The notes under the pieces: model-generated
Told to the model about the DNA's origin: nothing
Databases searched by the model: none
The model's input: the letters and a program-made list of their open reading frames with translations, nothing else
Assembly: GCA_944383915.1 (NCBI GenBank)
Contig: CALWRJ010000010.1
Span: 73,178 to 137,177, forward strand
Origin: an uncultured Clostridia bacterium
GTDB lineage: Bacteria; Bacillota; Clostridia; Christensenellales; UBA1242
Length of the DNA: 64,000 bases
Direction: 5' to 3'
Position numbers and translations under genes: made by a program
Shown: in pieces, positions 29,576 through 38,271 of the stretch
How positions within the stretch are numbered: the stretch's first letter is position 1
Layout: every line of letters starts with the position of its first letter

Positions 29576-31735
29576 ATGAAAAGATATGTTTATGAAATAC
29601 GAAATATAGACTGCGCACAATGTGCAAAACATCTTGAAACGGCGATTTCGCGCATAAAAGGTTTTGAAAATGTCAGTTACAACTTTGCCACTATGAAGTT
29701 GACTTTTGAAACGGAAAGAACGGACGACTTTTTCCCTGACCTAAAACGCGCAGTTTACAATACCGAACCCGATGCTCAAATTATTCACGATAATTCGCAA
29801 CATCGCACGCGCAAAAAGTTTTTTACCCTTGATTTAATTCTCTTTTTAGTGGGGGCGATAATCGGCTTTGTTGGATATTTAGTGCCTATGCCAGTTACTG
29901 CTAAAATTGTTTTAATCAGTATTGGTATGTGCTTGCTTTTATATAAAACAGCGTACAAGGCGGGCGTGCAATTATTCAAAAATAAAAATATCGGCGAAAA
30001 TTTCTTAATAACTATTGCAGTACTGGGTACTTTTGGACTTGGGCTATTTAATACGATTGTTGAGGAAGGGTATCAAGCGCTCGGCGAAGGTATTGAAGAG
30101 TGCCTTATGGTAATCGTTTTATATAGTATCGGCAAAATGCTAGAATCAAGCGTGCTAGCAAGTTCGCGTAAAAGTATTAGCAACCTTATGGAAATTCAAC
30201 CTGATTTTGCAATGCTTGTTCATGGTGACCACGAACACAAAGTTCCGCCACAAGATGTAAAGATTGGAAGTATTATAAAAGTGCGTCCAGGTGAAAGGGT
30301 GGCGCTAGACGGAGTCGTTAAAAGCGGAAGTGCGAGTGTCGACATTAGCCATTTAACAGGGGAGAGCCTGCCTATTAGTATGAGTAAAGGAAGTAAAATT
30401 TTGGCTGGCACGATTTTGTTAGACGGTGTGCTTGAAATCGAAACTACAAGCCTTTATACTGAAAGCGCGGTGGCTCGCATTATGGACTTAATCGATAACG
30501 CGAACGACAAAAAAAGCAAGACGGAAACTTTTATAAATAAATTTTCAAAATGGTATACCTTAATCGTTATTGGACTTGCTGTAATTGTGTTTTTTGGCGC
30601 GTGGGCGCTAGGGTATCCTATCACGACAGGAATTTATTACGCGTTAATTTTGCTCTTTATCTCGTGTCCGTGTGCGTTTGCAATAAGCGTGCCACTGGCG
30701 TATTTTAGTGCGCTAGGACGAGCAAGTAAAGACGGAATTTTAATTAAGGGAAGTAATTACCTAGATATTTCTGCAAAAGTTAGCAAAGTTATTTTTGATA
30801 AAACAGGTACTTTAACCACAGGGCAATTCGTGGTAAAAGATATCATTTCGCTAGACACAAAGTATTCTACACAAGATATTTTAAAATTTGCCGTTCTCGG
30901 TGAACAAAATTCTATTCACCCTATCGCGCGTGCAATTCAACACCGCGGGCACGGAATAAAACTTGAAAATGTTTCAAATTTTGTGGAAAACAGCGGAAAG
31001 GGTGTAAGTTATACTTATAAGGGCGATGTTGTGTTTGTGGGGAATATTTCTCGCGACTCGACAGACGATTTAACAAGCGTCCAAGTAATAATAAACGACA
31101 AGCCAATTGGTAAGATTCTCCTTGCGGACTCGCTAAAAGCAAATTCGGTGGAGTTGTGCGAGTATTTAAAAAAGCAAAATGTAAAACTCGCTATGCTTAG
31201 CGGGGACAATAAACAAGTAACTTCTCATGTAGCCGAAATGTTAGGAATTGACGAATTTAAATCAGGGCTAACTCCCGAGCAGAAGTACACACTTTTAGAG
31301 GAGGACCTCAAAAATAAAAACAAAGATGAGTATATCGCCTTTGTCGGTGACGGAATTAATGACGCGCCGAGTTTGTCGCGTGCAGACTTGGGAATTAGTA
31401 TGGGGCTTGCGGGAAGTCCTGCCACTGTCGAAGCAAGCGATATAGTCGTTGTAGACGATGACCCAGGTAAAATCAAAGACTTGCACAAATTATCAAAATA
31501 CACGCGCGGTATTGTTTGGAGCAATATAATTTTTGCGTTGGTTACTAAAATTGTAATAATTGTGCTTGAACTATGTGGCGTGTTTAGTGAAGGAATGCTA
31601 GTTGCAGTTTTTGCCGATGTCGGCGTAACACTTCTTGCAATAATTAATTCATTAAGATTACTAAAATACAACTTTGGCAAAAAGAAAGCCAAAGGCGAAA
31701 AAATCGTAACTATTAAAGAACAAAGTGCACACTAA
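29576..31735 (+). CDS. heavy-metal (Cd/Zn/Co-type) translocating P1B-type ATPase
   Basis: N-terminal HMA CxxC (DCAQCAKH), TM CPC motif (SCPCAF), DKTGTLT, GDGINDAP. Confidence 0.93.
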   Translation: MKRYVYEIRNIDCAQCAKHLETAISRIKGFENVSYNFATMKLTFETERTDDFFPDLKRAVYNTEPDAQIIHDNSQHRTRKKFFTLDLILFLVGAIIGFVGYLVPMPVTAKIVLISIGMCLLLYKTAYKAGVQLFKNKNIGENFLITIAVLGTFGLGLFNTIVEEGYQALGEGIEECLMVIVLYSIGKMLESSVLASSRKSISNLMEIQPDFAMLVHGDHEHKVPPQDVKIGSIIKVRPGERVALDGVVKSGSASVDISHLTGESLPISMSKGSKILAGTILLDGVLEIETTSLYTESAVARIMDLIDNANDKKSKTETFINKFSKWYTLIVIGLAVIVFFGAWALGYPITTGIYYALILLFISCPCAFAISVPLAYFSALGRASKDGILIKGSNYLDISAKVSKVIFDKTGTLTTGQFVVKDIISLDTKYSTQDILKFAVLGEQNSIHPIARAIQHRGHGIKLENVSNFVENSGKGVSYTYKGDVVFVGNISRDSTDDLTSVQVIINDKPIGKILLADSLKANSVELCEYLKKQNVKLAMLSGDNKQVTSHVAEMLGIDEFKSGLTPEQKYTLLEEDLKNKNKDEYIAFVGDGINDAPSLSRADLGISMGLAGSPATVEASDIVVVDDDPGKIKDLHKLSKYTRGIVWSNIIFALVTKIVIIVLELCGVFSEGMLVAVFADVGVTLLAIINSLRLLKYNFGKKKAKGEKIVTIKEQSAH

Positions 31736-31926
31736 TTTAGTGCGCTTTATTTTTTATTTAGATAATAAATTATTTTTATCCTATAAAGTGATAGGTGATA
31801 AATTTCAATGTTTGCGTTAATAAAGTATTTATAGTAAGGCATTGTTGATAGTTATTAATAGTGTTATTTAATGCCATTTTGAATTTTTTAAAATAACCTA
31901 AAAATAAAAAAATTTAATAAAATACT

Positions 31927-31961
31927 TGCATAATACCTATGCATAATACCGTGCATAGTAC
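31927..31961. repeat. 35-bp element with three direct TGCATARTAC repeats
   Basis: tgcataatacc-tatgcataatacc-gtgcatagtac. A near-identical copy lies at 40693-40727. Confidence 0.8.
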
Positions 31962-32181
31962 TTTAATTTTGTTATTTTTTGCGATTTTTTAGTATTTTTA
32001 TATATTTTTAAAAAATAAAAAGCACCCTCGCGCACAAAGGATGTTTTTATGTTTAAAAGGAAAGTTTTATTATGGAATTTTATTAAGGTACGCATTGCCT
32101 TATAAAAGCGCACCTAGACGAAAAGAATAGTATTTTTAAGTAAAGGAGCGGAGGTTATTTTATTATGTTTAAAAAGGTAGG

Positions 32182-32895
32182 TTATTTGTATTCTGTTCTG
32201 TTGATTGTACTGCCTTGCATTATTAGGCAGTTTGTAGTAGAGTTTGAGGTAGATGATACACCTTCTGCGTTAATGACCAATTCGGAGTTATTAATGGTCA
32301 ATACATTTGAAACGAAAACTCGTCCACTCGCAGAGATGTCTAAATTTACCGCGGAAATATTTATGCTATCCGCAATTATACCGTCTCCGCCAAGTCCTGT
32401 AATAATTAATTTGCCCTCGCCACTAATTTTTATAGACTTTTGGCAGTTTATCGCACCGCTGGTATTTACCAAACTATCGGCAAGATAATTTTCGGTATCT
32501 TTGAGTGCAATAATTGAGCATTTACCGCAATTTTCGGTAAATTGAATGCATGCGCCATTATTACTTATAATTTGCACATTGTTTAAAATAATGGAAACAT
32601 TTTGTAGGTTAGTATCAACTACAATGTTGCCTTCAAAATTACCACATAACTTGTAGTTTCCACCACGAGTTATATAGAGAGTATCATTCGAGAAATTAGC
32701 ATATTTCGTAGACTTGCGCTCATTTAAATCAATGACCGTTATATTTATTTTGTCTGTGCGCTTCTGGACAAAATCGTGTAAGTTGATAAAAGCGTGTACT
32801 TTGTCTTTTGCGAGAATGTACTTCGCTCTAATTCCGTCATTTGAAATGTAAGCGCTAAGAGTAAGAGGTAATGCCCAAAATTGTTTTATTTTCAA
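32182..32895 (-). CDS. Cthe_2159-like carbohydrate-binding / beta-helix protein (short form)
   Basis: TTG start with AGGAG 8 nt upstream. ITRGGNYKLCGNFEGNIVVD...VSIILNNVQI pattern is typical of the PF14262 family. Confidence 0.5.
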   Translation of the reverse strand: MKIKQFWALPLTLSAYISNDGIRAKYILAKDKVHAFINLHDFVQKRTDKINITVIDLNERKSTKYANFSNDTLYITRGGNYKLCGNFEGNIVVDTNLQNVSIILNNVQIISNNGACIQFTENCGKCSIIALKDTENYLADSLVNTSGAINCQKSIKISGEGKLIITGLGGDGIIADSINISAVNLDISASGRVFVSNVLTINNSELVINAEGVSSTSNSTTNCLIMQGSTINRTEYK

Positions 32896-33026
32896 AAATT
32901 TTTGCTCCTTTTATCTCAAAAATACGCACTCATTTTAAGCGGAATTTGTGTAATTATTGTGAAAATAAATACTTTTTTTAAAAATTTTTAAATTTTTTTT
33001 AAAAAACAAAAAAGCGCGTTTCTGCG

Positions 33027-33917
33027 CTATTTGTATTTGTTGCTTTTTAATAAAAAGTCGAAAAAATTTTCAACTTGTTGTAATCGCGAGTACGCGTTTA
33101 GGTATTCGGCGGTGTTCATTTTTGTTTCAATAGACAAAAAGTTTAGTGTTATACTATATCTAAACATATCTATTGTAATAGACAAGTCATCGCAGTACGC
33201 CTGCCCGTTGCGATTGTACAAATTTTTATTTGTGTGTACGCGCAACACATCTTCCCAAGCATAAGTTTTTCCGTCACCACGGTCACCTGTAAGTAGCCAC
33301 TTGTGATATGTGTAGTTTACTAATAGGCGAGTGTAACTGTTTACTTCGAGTATCTTTTCACTGTCAAAGTCGGTATAATTTTTAGCACGGCGCTTTAAAA
33401 GTTTGTTCGCTTGCGAGCCCGCTATATTTAAAACTGTGCCTAATATGGTAAAAATTATTCCACCAGCAAGACTAATGTAGGGTAACCATTCCGCCACGCT
33501 AAAAAAGAGCAAAATCACAAACGCAAAAAGCAGGAACGCGCCCAGCACATTAAAAAGCGTGCCGAAAATATGGTTTAAACTGCTTTTTCGCTCTAAGTCT
33601 ACACCCCAAATTTTCATACTTCCGCCCGAAATAGCAAGATTGCGCAAATCGCGGAAGTGGTACACATCATTTACTTTTAGTGTGTGAATATTTTGCGGAC
33701 CAACATTTTTTATAACCACATTTGCGTTTTTTAGTCCGCCAAGCGTGCTAAAATTAATTTTTGCACCGCATTTTTCGCATAGCCCCGTTGCGTTAGACCA
33801 AAGCCCACGCTTTATGTGTACTTGCCAATGCGTGCGCTCGTTGCAAAAAGGGCATTTTGTTAATTCGCTATCCAAATAGTTTTGAATGCGCGAATGTTTG
33901 TATCTTTTAAATTCCAT
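33027..33917 (-). CDS. hypothetical membrane protein with N-terminal zinc ribbon
   Basis: CPFC...CEKCG ribbon, two TM helices, C-terminal soluble domain. Confidence 0.55.
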   Translation of the reverse strand: MEFKRYKHSRIQNYLDSELTKCPFCNERTHWQVHIKRGLWSNATGLCEKCGAKINFSTLGGLKNANVVIKNVGPQNIHTLKVNDVYHFRDLRNLAISGGSMKIWGVDLERKSSLNHIFGTLFNVLGAFLLFAFVILLFFSVAEWLPYISLAGGIIFTILGTVLNIAGSQANKLLKRRAKNYTDFDSEKILEVNSYTRLLVNYTYHKWLLTGDRGDGKTYAWEDVLRVHTNKNLYNRNGQAYCDDLSITIDMFRYSITLNFLSIETKMNTAEYLNAYSRLQQVENFFDFLLKSNKYK

Positions 33918-34053
33918 AACTTTTCACCGAAATAATTATATCACTTTTTAATATCTATTTCAAGAGTAAAGGACAAATTTGGTTTTAAGAGATTTTGGTA
34001 TGAAAGTCTGTTGCTATATTGTGTTTTTTAAATCTTAAAAAATAGTTATGCTT

Positions 34054-34223
34054 GTAATAAGAGATAGGGCATATGTAATAAGAGATAGGGCGTGTGCAAG
34101 AAAAGATAGAGTATTTGTATAATAAGAGATAGTATTTGTAATAAAGAGATAGAGTATTTGTAATAAGAGATAGAGCATCTGTAATAGGAGACAGGGCATT
34201 TGTTAATGAGAGATGGGGCGCGT
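34054..34223. repeat. tandem array, 8 x ~21 bp (consensus GTAATAAGAGATAGRGCATNT)
   Basis: Units read directly at 34054, 34075, 34096, 34117, 34138, 34160, 34181 and 34202. Edge units are more diverged. Confidence 0.85.
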
Positions 34224-34291
34224 GTAATTAAATAAAAAATATGTAATTATGTAGATAAGAGTTGAATTAATAAATTTTTTATCATAATAAA

Positions 34292-34520
34292 TTATTCATC
34301 TAGCGGTGCGCCACAACTCTTGCAAACTTTGTCCGTCCCTTCATTCTTACGACCACAGTAACTGCAAATTTTAGGTTTCGTTTTATTTAATTCTCTTTTT
34401 ATTTTTTCTTTTTCCAACTTGTTTTTAAGTTCTATAAGTTCGCTATCGATGTGATTTTCATTATTTGTATTTTCGTCTTTTTACTAAAATAACAGTTGCT
34501 GAAATTTTATTGTTACCCAT
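34292..34520 (-). pseudogene. small zinc-ribbon protein gene interrupted by a frameshift in an A-run
   Basis: GGAGAAATT-ATG MGNNKISATVILVKRRKYK* then, in the +1 frame, KDENTNNENHIDSELIELKNKLEKEKIKRELNKTKPKICSYCGRKNEGTDKVCKSCGAPLDE*. Confidence 0.4.
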
Positions 34521-34677
34521 AATTTCTCCTATGTACAATTAAAGATAAAATTTTTTGCGTTATTTTTATAGACGCTTTCAATTAAAAGTCGTATAAAATT
34601 AATTATCATTTTATTTTGATATTTGCTTAAAATTTGATATAATTAAAGAAATGCTAAAATATTTTAGGGGGAATTTT

Positions 34678-35706
34678 ATGCAAAATAGAATTACAAAGCC
34701 TACCAAACTATTAGATGATGAAGGGAATTTGATTGAACCTGGGTATGCTACTTCGTTGTTGTATGAGTACAATCGTAACGAAATAGGGGCGAATCCGTGG
34801 CGCATTAAGGAATGGGACTATTATTTGATTTACAATCAAGATTTTGCTATCGCGCTAACCGTTGCGGACAATAGTTATATGGGTATGGTGTCGGCTAGCG
34901 TGATTGACTTTAAAAAGCCGACAGAAAAAACGGTTAGTCCTATGTTTTGGGCGCCATTTGGTAAGACGAATTTGCCACATACTTCAAAAACGGGGGACAC
35001 AAAGTATAGAAACAAGCGCGCAAATTTCGAGTTTGTAAATTTTGAAGGCAAGCGCAAACTTCGTGCCGAGATAAAAAATTTTGATGATGATAAAGATTTT
35101 GTTTGCGAGTTTGAACTTTTTGACGAGCCAGCCGAAAGTATGGTAATCGCTACGCCTTTTGATAAGCCAAAGCACTTTTATTTAAATCAAAAAATCGTTG
35201 GTTTTCGTGCGAGTGGTTTTGCGCAGGTGGGAAGTGAGAATATAAATTTTGATAAAAATAATACTTTCGCCATTCTTGATTGGGGGCGCGGTGTCTGGAC
35301 TTACAAAAACACTTGGTATTGGTCTAGTGCGGTGGGCGAGATTGACGGAAATATTTTCGGCTTTAATCTCGGTTATGGTTTTGGGGACACTAGCAAAGCC
35401 ACCGAAAATATGCTCTTTTACAACGGAACTGCCCACAAACTCGAGGACATTCAATTTATCATTCCAACGAAAGACGGCGAGCCTGATTTTATGGGTGAAT
35501 GGAAGTTCGTTTCTAAAAACGGACGATTTAATGCGACTTTTACGCCTATTATTGACCGCCATTCAAACACGAACGCGCTAGTTTTAGGTAGCGACCAGCA
35601 CCAAGTTTTTGGACGATTTAATGGTACAGCGATTTTAGATGATGGTAAAGTTATAAAACTAAACGACTTTTTAGGTTTTGCTGAAAAAGTGGTGAATAAG
35701 TGGTAA
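34678..35706 (+). CDS. DUF2804-family protein
   Basis: N-terminal LLDDEGNLIEPGYA...NPWRIKEWDYYLI pattern. ATG at 34678 with GGGGGA RBS. Confidence 0.65.
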   Translation: MQNRITKPTKLLDDEGNLIEPGYATSLLYEYNRNEIGANPWRIKEWDYYLIYNQDFAIALTVADNSYMGMVSASVIDFKKPTEKTVSPMFWAPFGKTNLPHTSKTGDTKYRNKRANFEFVNFEGKRKLRAEIKNFDDDKDFVCEFELFDEPAESMVIATPFDKPKHFYLNQKIVGFRASGFAQVGSENINFDKNNTFAILDWGRGVWTYKNTWYWSSAVGEIDGNIFGFNLGYGFGDTSKATENMLFYNGTAHKLEDIQFIIPTKDGEPDFMGEWKFVSKNGRFNATFTPIIDRHSNTNALVLGSDQHQVFGRFNGTAILDDGKVIKLNDFLGFAEKVVNKW

Positions 35707-35937
35707 AAACGCACTTTCCCTTAAAGGAAAGGCTTTTTATTTTTTTCAAATTTTGCAAATTAATTTAAGTAAAATCAGCACTTATTTTTAATTTTTGCGG
35801 TCTGATAATAAAAACAAATAATCGATAATAAAAACTAAAAATACTATATAATATGAAAAATTTTAAATCATTATAAATTTTATCAACTTGCTAGTGTAGT
35901 TATTGCTTTGGAATAAATTTATAATTTTCGTAGATAT

Positions 35938-36387
35938 TTAAAATGAATTCATAATATCATTTACCATACTCATAACAGCAAAGTAGTATATAAGCCCTAC
36001 AATCAAACCTACGGCAATGACCGTTCCAAAGCCAGAGCCCCAGCCCTTTAAAAATGTTTCGCGTTCATAGTCTTGATACATAAACAACCCGATAATTAGC
36101 CCGATTATTCCTAAAAAGAAGCCACAGACAAAGCCAACACCTTTTTTGGAATCGCCGATTGCCTGTTTTTGATGCTTTTCTGCGGAGTGATTTTCCATTC
36201 GCTCGTTTTGATAATAATTTACTTGTCGCCGTAATCTTTCGATTTCGCGGTCTTTTTCGTCATAATTGAATGCGCTATTATTACTAGAATAAGAGTTTGT
36301 GTTGTTTTGCTGTGATTTTTGCGAATTTTCTTTGGCTTTGTCGTCCTCGTATGCTTTTAATAATCTTTTGTATTCCTCGTCATCCAT
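35938..36387 (-). CDS. hypothetical membrane protein
   Basis: Charged N-terminal half and two C-terminal TM helices. AAGGGG RBS. Divergent from the XRE gene. Confidence 0.55.
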   Translation of the reverse strand: MDDEEYKRLLKAYEDDKAKENSQKSQQNNTNSYSSNNSAFNYDEKDREIERLRRQVNYYQNERMENHSAEKHQKQAIGDSKKGVGFVCGFFLGIIGLIIGLFMYQDYERETFLKGWGSGFGTVIAVGLIVGLIYYFAVMSMVNDIMNSF

Positions 36388-36490
36388 TTTTAACCCCTTT
36401 TTTATTTAAAAAGTAAAAGTGCAGAAAAACTTTTTAACACTTTTTTATAAAAAACTTTTTCTTTTGCTTTCCCTTTTTTATTATTATACT

Positions 36491-36533
36491 CTTACAATAG
36501 TAAGAAGTCAAGTATTTTTCTTACAATTGTAAT
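36491..36533. promoter_or_regulatory. two candidate operator half-palindromes CTTACAAT(A/T)GTAA
   Basis: cttacaatagtaag at 36491-36504 and cttacaattgtaat at 36520-36533, 29 bp apart, immediately upstream of the XRE gene in a divergent intergenic region. Confidence 0.4.
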
Positions 36534-36546
36534 AATAATAGTAATT

Positions 36547-36753
36547 ATGAAAAATGTTTTCGGTGAAAATTTAAAAGCGCTCAGGCTTGAACAGGGAATA
36601 GGGCAAGTCGAGTTGGCAAAGCAAATAGGAGTTAGTAAGGGTATTATTTCGCTTTGGGAAAATGGCTTGCGCGAGCCAACACTTTCTAGTCTTGTGCGTC
36701 TTGCGCAATTTTTTGGTGTTAGTATTGATTATTTAGCAGGTTTGGAAAATTAA
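36547..36753 (+). CDS. XRE-family HTH transcriptional regulator (68 aa)
   Basis: LKALRLEQGIGQVELAKQIGVSKGIISLWENG HTH_3 signature. Confidence 0.85.
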   Translation: MKNVFGENLKALRLEQGIGQVELAKQIGVSKGIISLWENGLREPTLSSLVRLAQFFGVSIDYLAGLEN

Positions 36754-36966
36754 AAAAGCCATAGCAAACGGCTATGACTGTTTTTTATAAATTGTGGAGT
36801 TTTTACAAATTTGAGATTAATTATATACAGCGAGTTTTCTTTATTTAATAATTTTTTATAAAGATATAAATTTAAAATAATTTCCATTATATTTTTTATT
36901 TATTAATTAAAAAGAGTGTAATTTTACTTAAAAACTATAATTTTTTAGCAATTTTTCTATTTTTCG

Positions 36967-38088
36967 TTATTTTTTAGTTTTTATATGGAATTTTAATGTT
37001 GTTGCAGGCTTTGAAATTTGTTTTTTATTTTTGAGTACTATAGAATTAAACTCTATAAATTTTCCTATACGAGTTGCGGGCAAGTCGGCTTTTAATTTCG
37101 TGATTTGGCTATTAAGTTGATTGCGCTTCTTTTCGAGATTTTTAATCTTTTTCTGCTTTGATTGCTTGTGAAGTTTATCAAATGCGCCGATTTCTAGAAG
37201 TTTTGGGGTCTCAACTTTCGGCTCTGGCTTTGGCTCAACTCTTTTAGGAAGTGGTGCTTTGTCATAGGGCAAAACTACATCATCATTTCGCATACGCACT
37301 TCAATTGAACTATAAGATAACGAAATGCCGTTGCGCTTAAATTCGTTGTACACGTGTTCCATTATGTAGAAATAAACATCCCAATATGGCGCTTTTGTCC
37401 AGCAAGTTAAGAACAAACTCATACCCGAATCTTTAAAGTATTTTAAATTTACTGTTGGTTCGGGGGTAAGAATAATGTTTCCGTTACTGTGGCAAACATC
37501 TAAAATTACTTTTTTAGCAAGATTAATATCAGTTTCATAAGCCACATCAAAGTACATCTCAAGCCTACGACTGCCTTGTGTCGAATAATTTATTACTTCC
37601 GAACTCATAATTGTTGAGTTTGGAATTACAATCGTCTTGTTGTCTGTTGTAATGAGTTCGGTATTCATAATTTTTATGCTTTTAACAGTGCCCTCTAGGT
37701 CGTCAATTTGAATGTAGTCGTTTTGTTTAAAAGGTTTGTTTGTAATAATTATCATACCACACGCTACATTTGATAAACTGTCTTTTAGTGATAAAGCAAT
37801 CGCAGCACCAGCCGTTGCAAGAACTGTTACAAGTCCGGTAATAGGTATGCCGAACATCTGTAAAACTGCAAAAATTAAAACGACATACAACAAAACTTTA
37901 ATTATTGAGCGGATAAAACCCTGTGCTATGCGTTCAAGTTTTGTCTTTAAAAGCAATTTCGCAACTAATTTGTTTATTAGTTTTATTGCAATTAAACCAA
38001 CAATCAAAACTAGAATCGCATACAAGAGTTGTAGTCCATTAGTTGTAAAAAAATTTACAATGTTTGTCCAAATAGTATTCCAATCCAT
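36967..38088 (-). CDS. MscS-family mechanosensitive channel with extended K-rich C-terminus
   Basis: 3 TM segments plus the conserved beta domain (NVACGMIIITNKPFKQNDYIQIDDLEGTVKSIKIMNTEL). Confidence 0.88.
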   Translation of the reverse strand: MDWNTIWTNIVNFFTTNGLQLLYAILVLIVGLIAIKLINKLVAKLLLKTKLERIAQGFIRSIIKVLLYVVLIFAVLQMFGIPITGLVTVLATAGAAIALSLKDSLSNVACGMIIITNKPFKQNDYIQIDDLEGTVKSIKIMNTELITTDNKTIVIPNSTIMSSEVINYSTQGSRRLEMYFDVAYETDINLAKKVILDVCHSNGNIILTPEPTVNLKYFKDSGMSLFLTCWTKAPYWDVYFYIMEHVYNEFKRNGISLSYSSIEVRMRNDDVVLPYDKAPLPKRVEPKPEPKVETPKLLEIGAFDKLHKQSKQKKIKNLEKKRNQLNSQITKLKADLPATRIGKFIEFNSIVLKNKKQISKPATTLKFHIKTKK

Positions 38089-38271
38089 TTTTTCACCTTC
38101 TTTGGTATTTCTTTTGTACCCTTATATTATAGCCTCATTTTGATAAAATGACAATACTTTTTTAAATCTTTTAATAAAAATTTTAACTTTTGCGATTGTA
38201 TATGGCAAAATAAAAATTAAAGAACTTATATAATATAAATTATAAAAAACTTAATATGATATAATTTAGTA

